Positions 1 through 13,650 are shown, numbered from the stretch's first letter. The stretch: DNA of 64,000 bases from Octopus sinensis (GCF_006345805.1 NC_043005.1:35650001-35714000); one strand, 5' to 3'. Notes: generated by a model from the letters alone, not told the origin. Program-made: numbers and translations.

Positions 1-255
1 AGCATCCCTCTCAACACATGGCTATGATGCTCCCCCACTACTTCTGCTCGTGATCAGAGATGCACATATCGTCAGCCACTAAGGGACATGCTCAACTGGT
101 TAAGGTCAAACAACTGACAAGCAAATCTGTGGTATTGAGCAGAATATTTGCTGTAGCCCATCTTTTATACCAAGACAAAACAATGTACATGATAACACTT
201 CCAATCAGTTAAGATCAGAAGCCATGAGAGCCACTGCCTGGTACTGCATCAGGGC

Positions 256-417
<162 letters not shown>

Positions 418-690
418 ATTTTGCAATTTGTATCGGGTGTGAATAGAAACAACCGTAGAGAATATTAATTAATAAATTAATGTATTTCCATTAAATCTCT
501 CCATTTTCATACTTAATAATAATATCTGACATTTTTATAATGTGTTTATTTAAGAAATATCTCTTCGAAATATAATATTTTAAACCAGTGTAACTTGGAC
601 AAAACTATCCCTATAAGACGTTTAAATATCCTCATAGTGACAAATTATTATATATATATATATAATATATATATATATACATATATATAT

Positions 691-784
691 AAAGTTAATC
701 CAAACATGAAAACACAAAAAAACAAAAAACACAACGCGAGGACGTGGAACAAATAAAGTATTATTAGACGCTCAGGAAAGAAGG

Positions 785-786
<2 letters not shown>
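691..786 (-). mobile_element. Fragment of a PLE-derived pseudo-LTR family, embedded in (TA)n
   Basis: Reverse complement matches about 61080-61150 (ctgagcgtc...taatacttt...cgtcctcgcgttg), which lies just downstream of an HHR-like motif; (TA)n on both sides. Confidence 0.55.
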
Positions 787-837
<51 letters not shown>

Positions 838-839
<2 letters not shown>

Positions 840-1441
840 AAAAGCAATAAAGATTCAAGTTAATTTAAATGAATTTACTTGAATATGGTACCTAACTTAG
901 ATGCACCAAAAAAAATATACGGTTTTTAACAATACAGTAATGTGGGGTGATTATAAGTGAGAAAGAAGCAACAAGAATGGATAGGTTTTTAGTACAATCG
1001 TTTCATACAAGGACAGGCTTTATTAAAAGTTGCAAAAATTGCAGCATATAAACGTGTCCCGTACTCATCAGCTAAAATACATGTGAGTTCTCTAGACATC
1101 CTAGTGGTTGAGGCTATACCCATGAAGTAATGTAGATAATTAAGTAACATAACAGATTTCCAAAGTTCATTAAAGTTCTTTAAAGATGATGTGATAAGAC
1201 TGTACATCATCTTTAAAGAACTTTAATGAACTTTGGAAATCTGTTTATGTTACTTAATTATCTACATTACTTCATGAGTATAGCCTCAACCACTAGGATG
1301 TCTAGAGAACTCACATGTATTTTAGCTGATGAGTACGGGACACGTTTATATGCTGCAATTTTTGCAACTTTTAATAAAGCCTGTCCTTGTATGAAACGAT
1401 TGTACTAAAAAACCTATCCATTCTTGTTGCTTCTTTCTCAC
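838..1441. mobile_element. Palindromic PLE-derived element (arms 957-1192 and 1204-1441) between (TA)n tracts
   Basis: About 236-bp near-perfect inverted arms with an 11-nt spacer (mirror ORFs 989-1210 and 1226-1408 reflect this); each arm carries an HHR motif. Confidence 0.8.
1320..1410 (+). ncRNA. Type I hammerhead ribozyme motif (mirror copy 987-1077 on minus strand)
   Basis: ttttag-CTGATGA-gtacgggaca...tgtccttgtat-GAAA-cgattg-TA-ctaaaa: stem I ttttag/ctaaaa, long stem II, short stem III, GUA site at 1402-1404. Confidence 0.8.
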
Positions 1442-1442
1442 A

Positions 1443-1493
<51 letters not shown>

Positions 1494-1494
<1 letters not shown>

Positions 1495-1825
1495 TGTTGT
1501 GTCTGAGAAGAGTCATTTTCTATTTGTGCCTTATAATGTAACACACACCGGTAAAATTTCCACTTATTTCTTATTTTTATTTTCCTAAAATTTCCGTTGC
1601 GTCTTGCAACCTTTTCAGTAAGTCAAGACTATTGATTATTGAAAAGGTTGCAAGACGCAACAAAAATTTTAGGAAAATAACAATAAGAAATATGTGGAAA
1701 TTTTACCGGTGAGTGTGTTAAATAATAAGGCACAAAAAGAAAATGACTCTCCCCAGACACAACAGAATATGCTTCAACACACAAACTCATATAAAGAATC
1801 TTGCAAACCAGATCCAAAAACGAAA
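1494..1825. mobile_element. Palindromic PLE-derived element (arms about 1494-1626 and 1632-1765, right arm extended)
   Basis: Inverted arms between (TA)n tracts; 1639-1825 matches 40022-40206; degenerate HHR core TTGAAAA-g-gttgc-aagac-gcaac-(G/A)AAA. Confidence 0.7.
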
Positions 1826-1989
1826 TATATATATATATACGTACAGATCGATAGGTATATGTATATGTATATTTATATGTATGTATGATGTATGCAAAAA
1901 CGCACACACACACACACTTATACAATATCTGCATATGAGAATGATTGTGTGTATGTGTATGCGCGTGTGTGTATTTGTGTGTGTGTGTA

Positions 1990-2035
<46 letters not shown>

Positions 2036-2463
2036 TGTGAGTGTGTGTGCGCGTGTGAATGTGTCTCACCGCGTGCGCGCATACGTGTTTGTGTATATTT
2101 CGGTTGATACATCAACCAAAGATATCCACCTTTCTTCCGGTCACCTTAAAACCCGCGATAACTAAACCGAAATGTAGTAAAAGATGTGTTGATTCTTTAA
2201 AAGCGACCTAATTCGTATTTCCTCTTTTAATCCAGTCTATCTCGTCAGCCAAATCATCTTAAATACCAACAGGATGTTAACTTATCAGGTAGCAAGCTGT
2301 ATTTTTAACAATATCCCAGATAATATAAAGGAAAATCGGAAATAAAGGAAGAAAGAAAGAAAAATGAACGGAAGAAATAAATATAAATGAACACAACTCT
2401 GCCTCTCTCTCTCTTTCCCTGTTTGCATCACCCATACACATATGCATACATACATACATACAT

Positions 2464-2498
<35 letters not shown>

Positions 2499-2791
2499 CT
2501 CAGACAGACAGACAGACACTCAGGCAGACAGACACACAGACACTCAGACAGAACCAGAAGTAATCTGATGGTTTTACACCACTTTACGTATAGACATGAG
2601 CAATTTATTCAATTTGCATCAGGTTCGGTTCGGGTAAGTGACGTTGATGAACCACAAAAAAGGCGAAACATCGATGTCCATCGCTTCTGAACGAGACTTG
2701 GGACAAGTAATCACACCAGTTTATCACTATGACTTTCAGGTGTTATAACACCCGGTTCTTTGAGAGAAAAAGGTAATTAAAATTCATTAAA

Positions 2792-3342
2792 ATGGCAGAT
2801 CCATCGAACTTTCAAAGAGGTCAAATTGTTGGTGCTCGTATGGCAGGCGCTAGCGTAACGAAAACAGCCGAAATGTTTGGTGTATCAAGAAGTACTGTCT
2901 CGAAAGTAATGACAACCTTTGAGAAACAGGGAAAAATCTCCTCATCGAAACAAAATCCCAGAAGAAAACCAAAACTTACAGATAGGGACCATCGGTCTCT
3001 GACGCGAATTATTAGAAAGGATCACAAAAGTATAGCTCTCAAAATTACTGCAGAGTTTAATGACCACTTCGAGAACCCAGTTTCTACAAAAACTGTTCAC
3101 CGGGAGCTGCACAAACCCGGATTTCACGGGAAGGCTGCATTCAGAAAACCACAACTCTCAAAAACAAACGTTGCAAAGCGTTTAGAATGGAGTACAAACC
3201 TACAAACCTAGAGCAGTTGAAGAATGTTATTTTCTCTGACGAGTCATCCTTTACCTTATTTCCGACCACCGCCCGAGTATACGTGCGGAGACAGCCAAAA
3301 TAAGCACTTGATCCAGATTGCTCTCTTCCAACTATTAAACAT
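2792..3342 (+). pseudogene. Tc1-family transposase, truncated and frameshifted
   Basis: ORF 2792-3211 has a Tc1 paired-like HTH (RGQIVGARMAGASVTKTAEMFGVSRSTVSKV, PRRKPKLTDRD); a shifted frame continues NVIFSDESSF (first catalytic D). Confidence 0.9.
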
Positions 3343-3519
3343 ATATATTGATCTTTTTACATCATTAAGAGTTTTTAACTCTTATTTCTTATAATATAGG
3401 TGCTTCGGCACCCTCACCCACCATTGGTGACAATAAAATTTAATATATATATATATGTATGTATATATGCATGTATGTATGTATGTATGTATGTATGTAT
3501 GTATGTATGTATGTATGTA

Positions 3520-3570
<51 letters not shown>

Positions 3571-3574
<4 letters not shown>

Positions 3575-3963
3575 CAAAATAAGGGCAAAAGAAAGGCAAA
3601 ATAAGGGCAGAATAAGGTCTGCTCAGGACTTAGTGCTTGCTTTTTCCTTGGGTATGAGTAAGTATTTCACTTATATCTCACGTATTTATCGCTGAAGAGG
3701 GGAAAATTCTTATGAATTAACCCCGAAATTGGGACCAATACGGTAATAACGGATTTTTTTAGAAATTTCTATCGGTTTGTTTCGAGACGCATAAATTATA
3801 ATGGTTATTGACAATTCTTTTTTTCGGCATATTCGGCATTAGAATTTTTCTTTTGCCCTTATTTTGTAAATTAATTATAAATTTAACCTTTAAAGGTATT
3901 TTTTAATATGCTGGCCATTGATAAAAAAATTTTTCCCGAAAAAAATTTTATCCTACATTAGTT
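3571..3963 (+). mobile_element. PLE-derived pseudo-LTR element with a short 5' inversion, in (TA)n
   Basis: About 3572-3593 (ttacaaaataagggcaaaagaa) is inverted at about 3848-3869; contains an HHR; related to 45942-46125. Confidence 0.7.
3686..3746 (+). ncRNA. Type I hammerhead ribozyme motif
   Basis: ttatcg-CTGAAGA-gggg...cccc-GAAA-ttgggaccaa-TA-cggtaa; all three stems pair; AUA site at 3738-3740. Confidence 0.85.
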
Positions 3964-3966
3964 ATA

Positions 3967-4037
<71 letters not shown>

Positions 4038-5323
4038 ATATGTATATAAAGAGAGCAGCAGTAAATTAGATTAGTGAATAAGTAATATAAAACAATGGAT
4101 GAAAAATGCAATCCATCGCAATTCCATGGCTGCCATTGTTTCGAGAGAGCATGTGTTTTATTGCTCTAGATTAGTTGTTAACAATCTGTTATGGAGGAAC
4201 TTATGATAAAAGCGTTTCAGATCACACCTTCTACCCTTCCTCCTATTCTATGAAAAGTCTTGTGCATGGTTTACTGGGCATCTGTCGCCTATCTATGATA
4301 GATTGTGTTAACATACACACAGCATCCATAAAGATAAAATAGCCGTTTAACCTCGAGGGTTTGCCAATAATGTTGTTGTAGTTTAGCTCCAGGTCAAACC
4401 TGATAGAACCAAATCTAAAAAAAAAACAAAAGCGTTTTTAGGTAGGACCATTCTTATAAGAGACTCGACTCTGCATTAGCCAATGTATAGTTCCACTTTT
4501 CGAAACAGTGGGGACTGTGATTTCAGTCATGTTTTGCTGCTATTTCTAGCTTACTCACTGGTTTGTTGCGGTTGTTTTTGTCGTTGTTGTTGTTGCTGCT
4601 TTAGATGATAATGGTGATGATGATGGAGATGATAAGTTTGATCCTGACTGGTTAGCTTATAACGAAAAATCCAATCAATTATTGCCAAAGCTTCACCAAG
4701 TTTATATACAAAACTCATTCACAATGTACACACATTTCTCTCTTTCTCTCTTTCTCTCTCTCCCTCTCTCCTTCTCTCCTTCTCTTTCTTTCTCTCTCTC
4801 ACGCACACACACATATACACACACGCACACACACAGATGTGCGTACACCCCTCCACACATACACACATACACACACACACACGCACACACAGACGCGCAC
4901 ACTCCCACACGCACAAACACCCACAATTACTACCACAATGGTTGCTGCTCCTCGAAACGTGAAGACTACACACCATCTTCTCCCACCCCAGAACCCACTT
5001 CTACTTTAGTATTCCTTAGAGTGTCTCAGTCACCAAACCAGGTTCCAAGTTGCTTTCCCAGTATCATTTTCCAGAACTACGATTCTATGGAACTTACTCA
5101 CCATATAAGTTTTGTATAACGATAGTAAAGCCAAAGGTATTTGTTATATTGTGAGGGCCCTACAAGGTTGTGGACATTGTTCTTTCTTCTTCGTCTTGGA
5201 TTAGATATAAAAAGAAACAATAAACTCACCTAAACGATGGCCTCACAGCCTTCCTTTTGGTTTTGCCGAACGCCCACCTAAAACGCTTTCGATGCTTACT
5301 ACCATACACAAGTTTTATCATTC

Positions 5324-5543
5324 TACGAGGAGGTGCTGAAAAATTCTTGGCTTTAAGAGTATCGGGAAAGGTCTGGTTAGAGGCTCAACCTTCCGGATTC
5401 TTTTACAAGGCTTAGAAAAACTGAAGGACCGCTGCAACAAGTACGTGAAACTGAGAGGGGAATATGTTCAATAAAATCATGATTAATTGATCCTCCTGTA
5501 TTTTCTTTTGCCAAAGCCATGAACTTTTCAACACCCCGTCGTA
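5324..5543 (+). mobile_element. Mariner-derived MITE
   Basis: About 30-bp TIRs (tacgaggaggtgctgaaaaattcttggcttt / aaagccatgaacttttcaacaccccgtcgta) with TA ends; internal LQGLEKLKDRCNKYVKLRGEYVQ* resembles a mariner C-terminus. Confidence 0.8.
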
Positions 5544-6288
5544 TAAGAGGGGAGAAAATTCATTACTTGTTTTATCGACCCCAAAGATAACAGGCAAAGT
5601 TGACCTCCTCTCCCTTTGAACTTGGAACGTAAAGGGGAGAAAGAAATGTTTCTAAGCATTTTGTCCGACATGCTAATGACTCTGCCACCACGCTGCCTTT
5701 TATTCTTATATAATAAAGGTATCAGATATAATAAAAGCAGGGATCTTGATTGAAACACATTCCTCAATAGTTGTAGACGTAAATAGTGGATTCTCAAATT
5801 ATTATCTCTAAATAATTGTGAAAGTAATTCCATTGATGGGATCTGAAAGAAATGTTTTCGGCCAAGGTTTTGTTTCTACAATCCAGTTTTAATCACAAGG
5901 CTGTTGATTGTTCTTTTTGTATATTAAATTAAGACTGCTTCCTTGTGGCTGCTAATTATTCAGGCTCCTCATGTCATCATAACTATCTTTTAAGTAAACC
6001 ACAGCTTCGCGAATAAAACCAATATCTTTTGCTAGTTGACCGTAATGATTTACAATTTAAAATTCAATTAACGAACGTTGCCAAAAGCCTTATAAGTAAA
6101 ATTAAATTGTACGAACAAAACCTTGGCAGACCAGAATTCTATCAGTTCCAATAAATGGAAAGAATTTCACAGTTGTTCACCAATAATAATCTCAAGGTTT
6201 ATTATTCATGTCTAAAACTAGAAGAAAAACTTCAAAGTTCTTTTGTTTTGATATAATTTATTAAATATTTTTTATGTAATTTTTTAAA

Positions 6289-6673
6289 TCTCTCTCTATA
6301 TAAACGGCAGTTTGTCTGTGCGTGTTTCTGTGTGTCTGTTTGCTTGTACCCTCACCCTGACCACGGCTTTCAACTGATTCTGATGAAACTTGACACACAC
6401 ATAGCCCAATGTCATAATTCAAAACTAACGCAGCGAAAATTTTGAAAAGTTCCCCCAGTTCTGAAAAAAATCGATAAATTCGACATGGGGTCGAGAATCA
6501 GAAACACAAACCGCAAACTGTCTAGGGGACGCAACTCCAACTTTTTTTACTCTCAAAAAAAATTTACCATCATTTTTTTTCCATTTTTTGGCTATTTTTT
6601 GGCTATAACTCTCTAAAAATGCTTTATAGTTATTTCCCTTACAAACCTGAGCAACGCCGGGCGATACTGCTAG
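6289..6673 (+). mobile_element. Non-autonomous Helitron-like element
   Basis: 5' TC, 3' hairpin cctgagcaacgccggg followed by CTAG, inserted between A and T, no TSD. Confidence 0.75.
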
Positions 6674-7479
6674 TCTGAGTTACAACTAAATATTACAAAA
6701 GGTGTTGCTGTTCATGAATCATTGAAAACAATGAGGGTTGGAAAGTATGTGCTTATTCCCAGCGAATTTGTAAAAGGTCGGCAAAATTGTTTGGTAAATG
6801 CTACTATTCTAAGCATACACCTGTGGATTTGAGAACAACAGTTAGATGAAAGCTTGTAGCCTTCCTGGTTAGACTAATCCCGGATCGGGGGAATTTCTTC
6901 GTTAGCTCTAGTTGAAGGCTGCTTCGTATCAAAAGAACGGAATCATTCATGTGTCCGCATTTTGTATACTATGTATACTTTTATCTCATTTGTCTTCCTT
7001 TCTTCCTCTCATCTTTTATTATTCAACCTACCCGCTCGCTCACACAAATGGTTCTGATGAAGTGCCATCAAAACAATGTAATCGAAGAAAATTTACCATT
7101 GTTATTATTGCAGCTATTATTGTATTTCATTACTGATACTATCACTCGGTAATTGTTTTCACGTTTGAACCGAATAGATTGAACTTAGATCAACAATTGC
7201 TTAGAATAAAATCGCTTTATTTACCTCATTGTCATCTTCAGCATCGGGCACACGAGATTGAATGGGACCTGATTTAGTACAAATTGAGTCTACCAGTTTA
7301 GAAACTAAAGTGGACCAAATTGAACCTGGACCTTAAGTGAAAATAATGAATGTCATCCAATAATTAATCTTACTAAGTCCTTGTGATATATTTTTGCTCA
7401 CCTGTAAAATTGAATTGTTCATTCCATTAGAAATAAGTTGATTTCGGGTAGTTTTTTTATTTTTTATCTTTATCTTTTT

Positions 7480-7872
7480 TTCTTGTTTCAGTCATTAGGT
7501 TGCGGCCATGCTGGAGCACCACCTTGAAGAATTTTTAGTCGAATGTATCGGCCCCAGCACATATTTTTATTTCTTTAAGCCCGGTACTTATTCTATCACC
7601 CTCTTTACCGAAACGCTAGTTTACGGGGACGTAAACACACCAACATCAGCAGTCAAAGGGTGGTGGAGAACAAACGCAGACACAAAGATATAAATATATA
7701 TATATAGATATCTGATATATACGATGGGCCTCTTTCAGTTTCCGTCTACCAAATCTACTCACAAGGTTTTTGTCGGCCCGAGGTTATAGTAGAAGACACT
7801 TACCCAAGGTACCACGCAGTGGGACTGAATCCGAAACTATATAGTTGAGAAGCGATCATACAGCCACGCCTG
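7480..7872 (-). mobile_element. tRNA-derived SINE, group B
   Basis: Homologous to 27911-28345. Confidence 0.8.
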
Positions 7873-8161
7873 CATAAGTATTGGGGGGGGGGTGATGATG
7901 GTTGTAGTGATGGCTATGATAGTAATGATGGTGATGAAGGTGATAGTAGAGGTGGTCATGGTGGTCATGGTGGCGGCAATGGTGTTGGTGAATAATGATG
8001 TTTAGGATATTTGAGTTTCCATTTAGATTTTAGACTAGAAAATTCTAAAACAATATTTAACCAATTCCAGTATATTTTTTTCATTTTGATTTTGTTTTCC
8101 TCTCATTTTCTTTTTACTTTCACTTAGCTTATATATTTTCTATTAATTTTCATCGACTTCT

Positions 8162-8279
8162 TTCTTTCTTCTTCTTCTTCTTCTTCTTCTTCTTCTTCTT
8201 CTTCTTCTTCTTCTTCTTCTTCTTCTTCTTCTTCTTCTTCTTCTTCTTCTTCTTCTTCTTCTTCTTCTTCTTCTTCTTC
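8162..8279. repeat. (TTC)n microsatellite
   Basis: Direct reading. Confidence 0.95.
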
Positions 8280-8403
8280 CTTGTAGCATGTGTGCGCGCG
8301 TGTTAATTACATACATATATAGATACATACACCACAAACACACACACATGCATACATTTATATAAATGTATACACTATACACACGCACACACATACACAC
8401 ACA

Positions 8404-8491
<88 letters not shown>

Positions 8492-9056
8492 CGTACACAC
8501 GTATTTACACAGGTGCATTTGTACATAGTTATGTACATACAGGCATACACACATATGTATATACATATATATATACATACATACATATGTATATGCACAT
8601 ACGAACATACATACATACGTGCACACGTATATTCATGTCTACACGCACACACACGCACACACACACACGCGCGCGCACACGGACATGTATGTAAATATAT
8701 TTCTGTATCGTATTATCTTTCGCCATGACGTTTTACTATTAACGCATGTATTAATGTATTGTTTGTTTAATGTATGTATGATGTGGTTTTATACAGTTTT
8801 ACTCTTATATATAAAATGTTTATATTGTTTTCGAGGCTATCCGTCCAGTATTTCTTTTAAAATAAAATATACATAATCACTTCCACATGTGCATGTATTG
8901 TCCAGGATAGCAGCTCTTTAGAGACGCATGCGCATATAATTGCTGTCTATCCGGGGTGTGGTTGCCTGGGACGCGAGTTTTTTGTTTTCTATAAGCAGTA
9001 ATTTAAAAGGTGTATGTATATATATATAAATAAATATATATATATATATATATATA

Positions 9057-9087
<31 letters not shown>

Positions 9088-9104
9088 GTAATGTATATAT
9101 ATAT

Positions 9105-9136
<32 letters not shown>

Positions 9137-9222
9137 CATGCACTCACACATACACTCACATATGTGTGTATGTGGTTGTGTGTGTGTGTGTATCTAAGTA
9201 TATAGATATCTATAGGAATACC

Positions 9223-9448
9223 TATTTCTTTACTACGCATAAGGGGCTAAACACAGAGAGGACAAACAAGGACAGACAAACGGATTAAGTCGATTATATC
9301 GACCCCAGTGCGTAATTGGTACTTATTTAATCGACCCCGAAAGGATGAAAGGCAAAGTCGACCTCAGCGGAATTTGAACTCAGAACGTAGCGGCAGACGA
9401 AATACCGCTAAGAATTTCGCCCGACGTGCTAACGTTTCTGCCAGCTCA
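9223..9448 (-). mobile_element. tRNA-derived SINE, group A long form
   Basis: Homologous to 27460-27695; TSD aatacc at 9217-9222 and 9449-9454. Confidence 0.85.
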
Positions 9449-9454
9449 AATACC

Positions 9455-10320
9455 AACAGTATTTCCTTCAAGCACTAACGTTACTTGATCTTTGGAAGCA
9501 CTAAATCGCGGTGTTGACTTTTCTTCCCGAAAAATAAAAGTTCCAGTAGGTATGTACTCTCAGAAGTGTGCAGTTTCATCAACAATTTTTACCTACATTT
9601 CAGCAATCATTTTCTTCGGTTGCTGAGGATAATTAGTTTCAATGTCTGACTCGACTCAGGCGCCTTTGAAACTTTTCAAACCAGCCATTTCTAACCAGAA
9701 AAGTTTTTACAATCCTTTTTTCAGCTAATAGTCAGACAGACTTTTGGCTTTCTTTAGTCGCCATCATACTCAAAGACACGTTACGTCAAGCCTGATTCAC
9801 GATCATTACACTCAAGAACCGTTCTATATTAAGCATCAGATTAGATCTATGAAAAATAAACTCCAAGCAGTTTATGAAGTATCTTCTTGAGCACAAATGA
9901 ATGTTCTCTCTATTGTCATGTATTGTTCTCTCTGCAAACGAAAGCAATATGGCTGATATGTTTTCTCTGCATCAAGTTTATTAGACATAAATTTAATATC
10001 CGCTGTGTTTCATTTACGATTTCTTTTTGCACTTCTGCCTCCAGTTTCGAATTTAAAGTAAATCCAATAGTGGTGTCGATCAACAAGTATCCACAACAGA
10101 TATGTTTTGTGAGAGCAAAACCTTATTATTCTTGTGGGTGTAAGAATGGAAATGTAAAGGTGAAAGGGTGAGAGAGGTGGAAGGAAGTACTGTATGGTTA
10201 CAGTAAGTTTAAGAGACCAGGCTCATGGACACTTCGACACTGGCACTTCTGACTTAAGCCATAAAAAAACTGCATTCTACTCCCGAACACATTTCGTTAT
10301 GTTGACACACAACCCATGTA
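9455..10320 (-). pseudogene. Decayed pogo/Tigger-like transposon
   Basis: Minus-strand peptide remnants NGWFEKFQRR (CENP-B-type HTH), VDET and ASKDQVTLVLEGN (DDE_1-type); many stops and frameshifts. Confidence 0.65.
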
Positions 10321-10368
10321 GCTACAAACATTACTATTATACTAATTACTATTACATTATTTATATTA

Positions 10369-10455
<87 letters not shown>

Positions 10456-11241
10456 TTTGATATTAGTTGGTTAATCAATAGTTGATGGGTTGGTAGTGTT
10501 GGCGGTTTTGAACGTTTTAGTTTTGGTGATGGGGATTAAACTGATGAGAGAGGGATAGTATTTTTCTAATAAATGTTATTGTTGTTCTATCTACTGAGAA
10601 TTACTACTTAAGGGGAGAGCGAGCAAGTTGAAAGAAGAGAATCGCTTCGAAGTTTATTTTATTTTTGTTGGGAAATTATCATCAAAGAGTGAAAAGAGCA
10701 CACATTTATTTCTTTTATTTTTTCATGTGATAATGTCTTTAAAATTTCAATATACCCGATTTGAAATTTTTCCCGTAATTTCAAAATATGTGACAGCAAC
10801 AGGGAAGATCCTACAAACGTAGAGAGATAGAGTGTTATAGGACGTCTCACGCACGCACACACACACACACACATACACGCACATGTGTACACACACCATA
10901 CACACACACATGTACACACCCTACACACACATGTACACACACCACACTCACACTCACAAACACACAAACACAAATTTACAAACGTACACACATGTAATCA
11001 CAAGTTTAAAATAGTGTATAGTAGACATAAGCATGTATGTATGTATGTATGTATGTATGTATGTATGTATGTATATATATGAGTTCAAATTCCGGCAAGG
11101 TTGAGTTTGCTTTTCATCCTTTCGGGGTCGGTGAAATAAGTACCAATTGAACACCGGGGTCAATGTTATCGACTTACTTATTCACGCAAAATTGCTGGCC
11201 TTGCGCTAAAATTTGAAGTCATCATTTGTTTTTCCTTACTT

Positions 11242-11540
11242 CATCATCATCATTCATCATTGTTCGACCGTGGTCGAGACAATGGAATTTACCATGCTAC
11301 GCCAGACTTCACGGTCCATCATGGCATTACGGAGGTCCTGTTGCTGGATGCCTGTATCCCTGGAGATTACATCAGGGTAGGAGAGTGTGCGCCCTTTGGT
11401 ATTGCGAGTAGATGGCTTCCAGAGGAGAAGAGTAGAAATTACTTCTTTTTCAGCTCTACAACAATGTCCAGCAAACTGGACTCTCCTACCTTTCACAAGA
11501 GGTGACACAGGTGGTAGTTTCCCATATATTTGCATTTGCA
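11242..11540 (-). mobile_element. 5'-truncated RTE-type LINE 3' end
   Basis: ORF 11257-11541 (RRVQFAGHCCR...LLLWKP...MMDREVWR), (TGA)n-like tail, 10-bp TSD ttccttactt at 11232-11241 and 11541-11550. Confidence 0.85.
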
Positions 11541-11924
11541 TTCCTTACTTGGATGTATTTCGATCCTGTAATGACGACGTTTTCAACGAAGATACATCTG
11601 TATTGGTACATATTTGCTATTAATTGTTGTCTTCGAGTGGCCCGAAGCCTTTATTCTGTTTATTGTTTCGTCCCACGTCTCGAGTTCGTCTCGTTTTGTT
11701 ATATTTAGGTCCCATTCCTGGCAAGTTTCTTGTCGGTGCCTCCAGAGTAGAAGCAATATTATCGATAACGGCTGAAATTGCCTTTGACCACTCTGGCTGA
11801 TAACTGATGTTTTTTGTCCGCCTGTATTTAGTATATGCTTATTTACTACACGTTTTTTAAAAAATTACATATATATATAGGCAGGTCATATTTTCCGTTT
11901 GTTGTCTTTATATTTAATCCTAAA

Positions 11925-12140
11925 TGTATATGTATATAAAGGGAGAGTTTACGAAAAAAAAAACAATAGACGAAGACAGATGGTGCATAAAACAAACAGA
12001 TGTATTAGTATAACGCTCAGGAATAGAAAAAGTCTTTTACGTTTCGAGCCTACGCTCTTCTACAGAAAGGGACACAGAAAAAACAAGGAGAGAGACAAGG
12101 AGAGAAAAAAAATGTGTGTAGTGGCTAACGATCTATCATG
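11925..12140 (-). mobile_element. PLE-derived pseudo-LTR fragment with a variant minimal HHR (12034-12069)
   Basis: Minus strand cttt-CTGTAGA-a-gagc-gtag-gctc-GAAA-cg-TA-aaag; homologous to 49290-49460. Confidence 0.6.
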
Positions 12141-12364
12141 GCGACCGTTTCATCATGGGTGGCCACACAGTAACGTTTCATGAGTGATCCTTCGCCGTTT
12201 AGAAATCCAGTTTCGTTTATGCCATTTTTACCTTTGGACGACTGTTATCGATATCTTAACTATCAGAAATGAAGCGAATGCTTGGAATTTACTTCTGATG
12301 TCTTGAATATGTTCTGATGTCTTGTAAAAATATAGTTTCTAGTATTGGATACACAATGATTAAT

Positions 12365-12765
12365 CTTTATCTTTTACTTGTTTCAGTCATTCAGACGGCG
12401 ACCATACTGGAACCCCACCTTAGCTGAACAAATCGACTCCAACATTTATTTTTAAATCTGCTACTTATTCTATCTGTCTCTTTTGCTAAAGCACTAAGTT
12501 GCAGGATCGTAAACAGCCTAATTCCGGTTGCCAAGCAGTGAGTGGACAAATATAAGCATACAGACACTCACATACACATACACACGCGTCCGTGCACGCA
12601 CACACACACATGTATATATTTATACACATCGGTCTTTAACACAGTTTCTGCCTACCAAGTCACTCACGAGTCTTTTGTGGACCGGGGCTATAGTAGAAGA
12701 CACTTGCCCAAGGTGCCATGCAGAGGGACTGAACCCGGAATCATGGGGTTACAAAGCGAGCTTTT
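12365..12765 (-). mobile_element. SINE group B with internal (CA)n-like tract
   Basis: Homology to 27911-28345. Confidence 0.75.
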
Positions 12766-12844
12766 ACAAAACTCTTTATATAAATGCAGGCTGGTTATTA
12801 CGTCAGTTATAAAGAAACTCGGTTGTAAAAATGTGAAATAGAGA

Positions 12845-12877
<33 letters not shown>

Positions 12878-13601
12878 ATTGAGAGAGAGAGAGAGTGATT
12901 GAGAGAGAGGGGGGAAGGGAGGGGAGCAGGAGAGTAAATGGTACTAAACGATCACGTGTCGTTTAAATGTTTAGTAGTGAATGATAGTCGCCATCCCGGT
13001 ACGTGTGTTTGTTATGAAAAACAGTAGCAATGAGCAGGGCGTGGAATTATCAACTCTCCATCTCTATGTTAACTTGTTAAAATGATGGAGCCTCAATGGG
13101 TCGTGCTCACGCAAATACGGCGGGAAGCAGAAGTGACTCGAACTATTAAGTGCGCTCTTGTGTGTGTGTGTGTGTGTATGATGTGTGATGTGTGCGCGTG
13201 CACGCGCACGCGCACTTGCACGTGCATAAAACTGGAAGCGGCGTATGCATATTGAGATTATGTTTGTTAAGGCACGTGCATATATTATTAGACGAGTAAC
13301 TGTACAAATATCTAGTGTCTCCTTAACCAATTTAGAAATAGTGTCACTGAACATTAACAGTAACAATTCGTTTATTCAGGAATATTTTGTTTTCTTGTTT
13401 TGATAGTATTCAGAATTAAAAAAAAAAAAAGAAGTACAATATGTTTGTTATTAATCATCAATTATATAATCTTTCTCGGCTCTGTACGTCCTCTGTTCAA
13501 ATTCCACCAAGGTCGACTTTGCCTTTCACAGGGGTCGATGTACTCGACTTAATACCTTCCCCAAATTTGAAGCCTTGTGCTTCCAGTAGAAAGGATTATT
13601 A

Positions 13602-13650
<49 letters not shown>

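Noticed and set aside
989-1408. Two mirror ORFs encoding the same 60-aa peptide
   Set aside because: A by-product of the DNA palindrome; no protein motif.
7050-7085. ggtt-CTGATGA...aaaa-caatg-TA hammerhead resemblance
   Set aside because: G12 is missing and there is no stem II.
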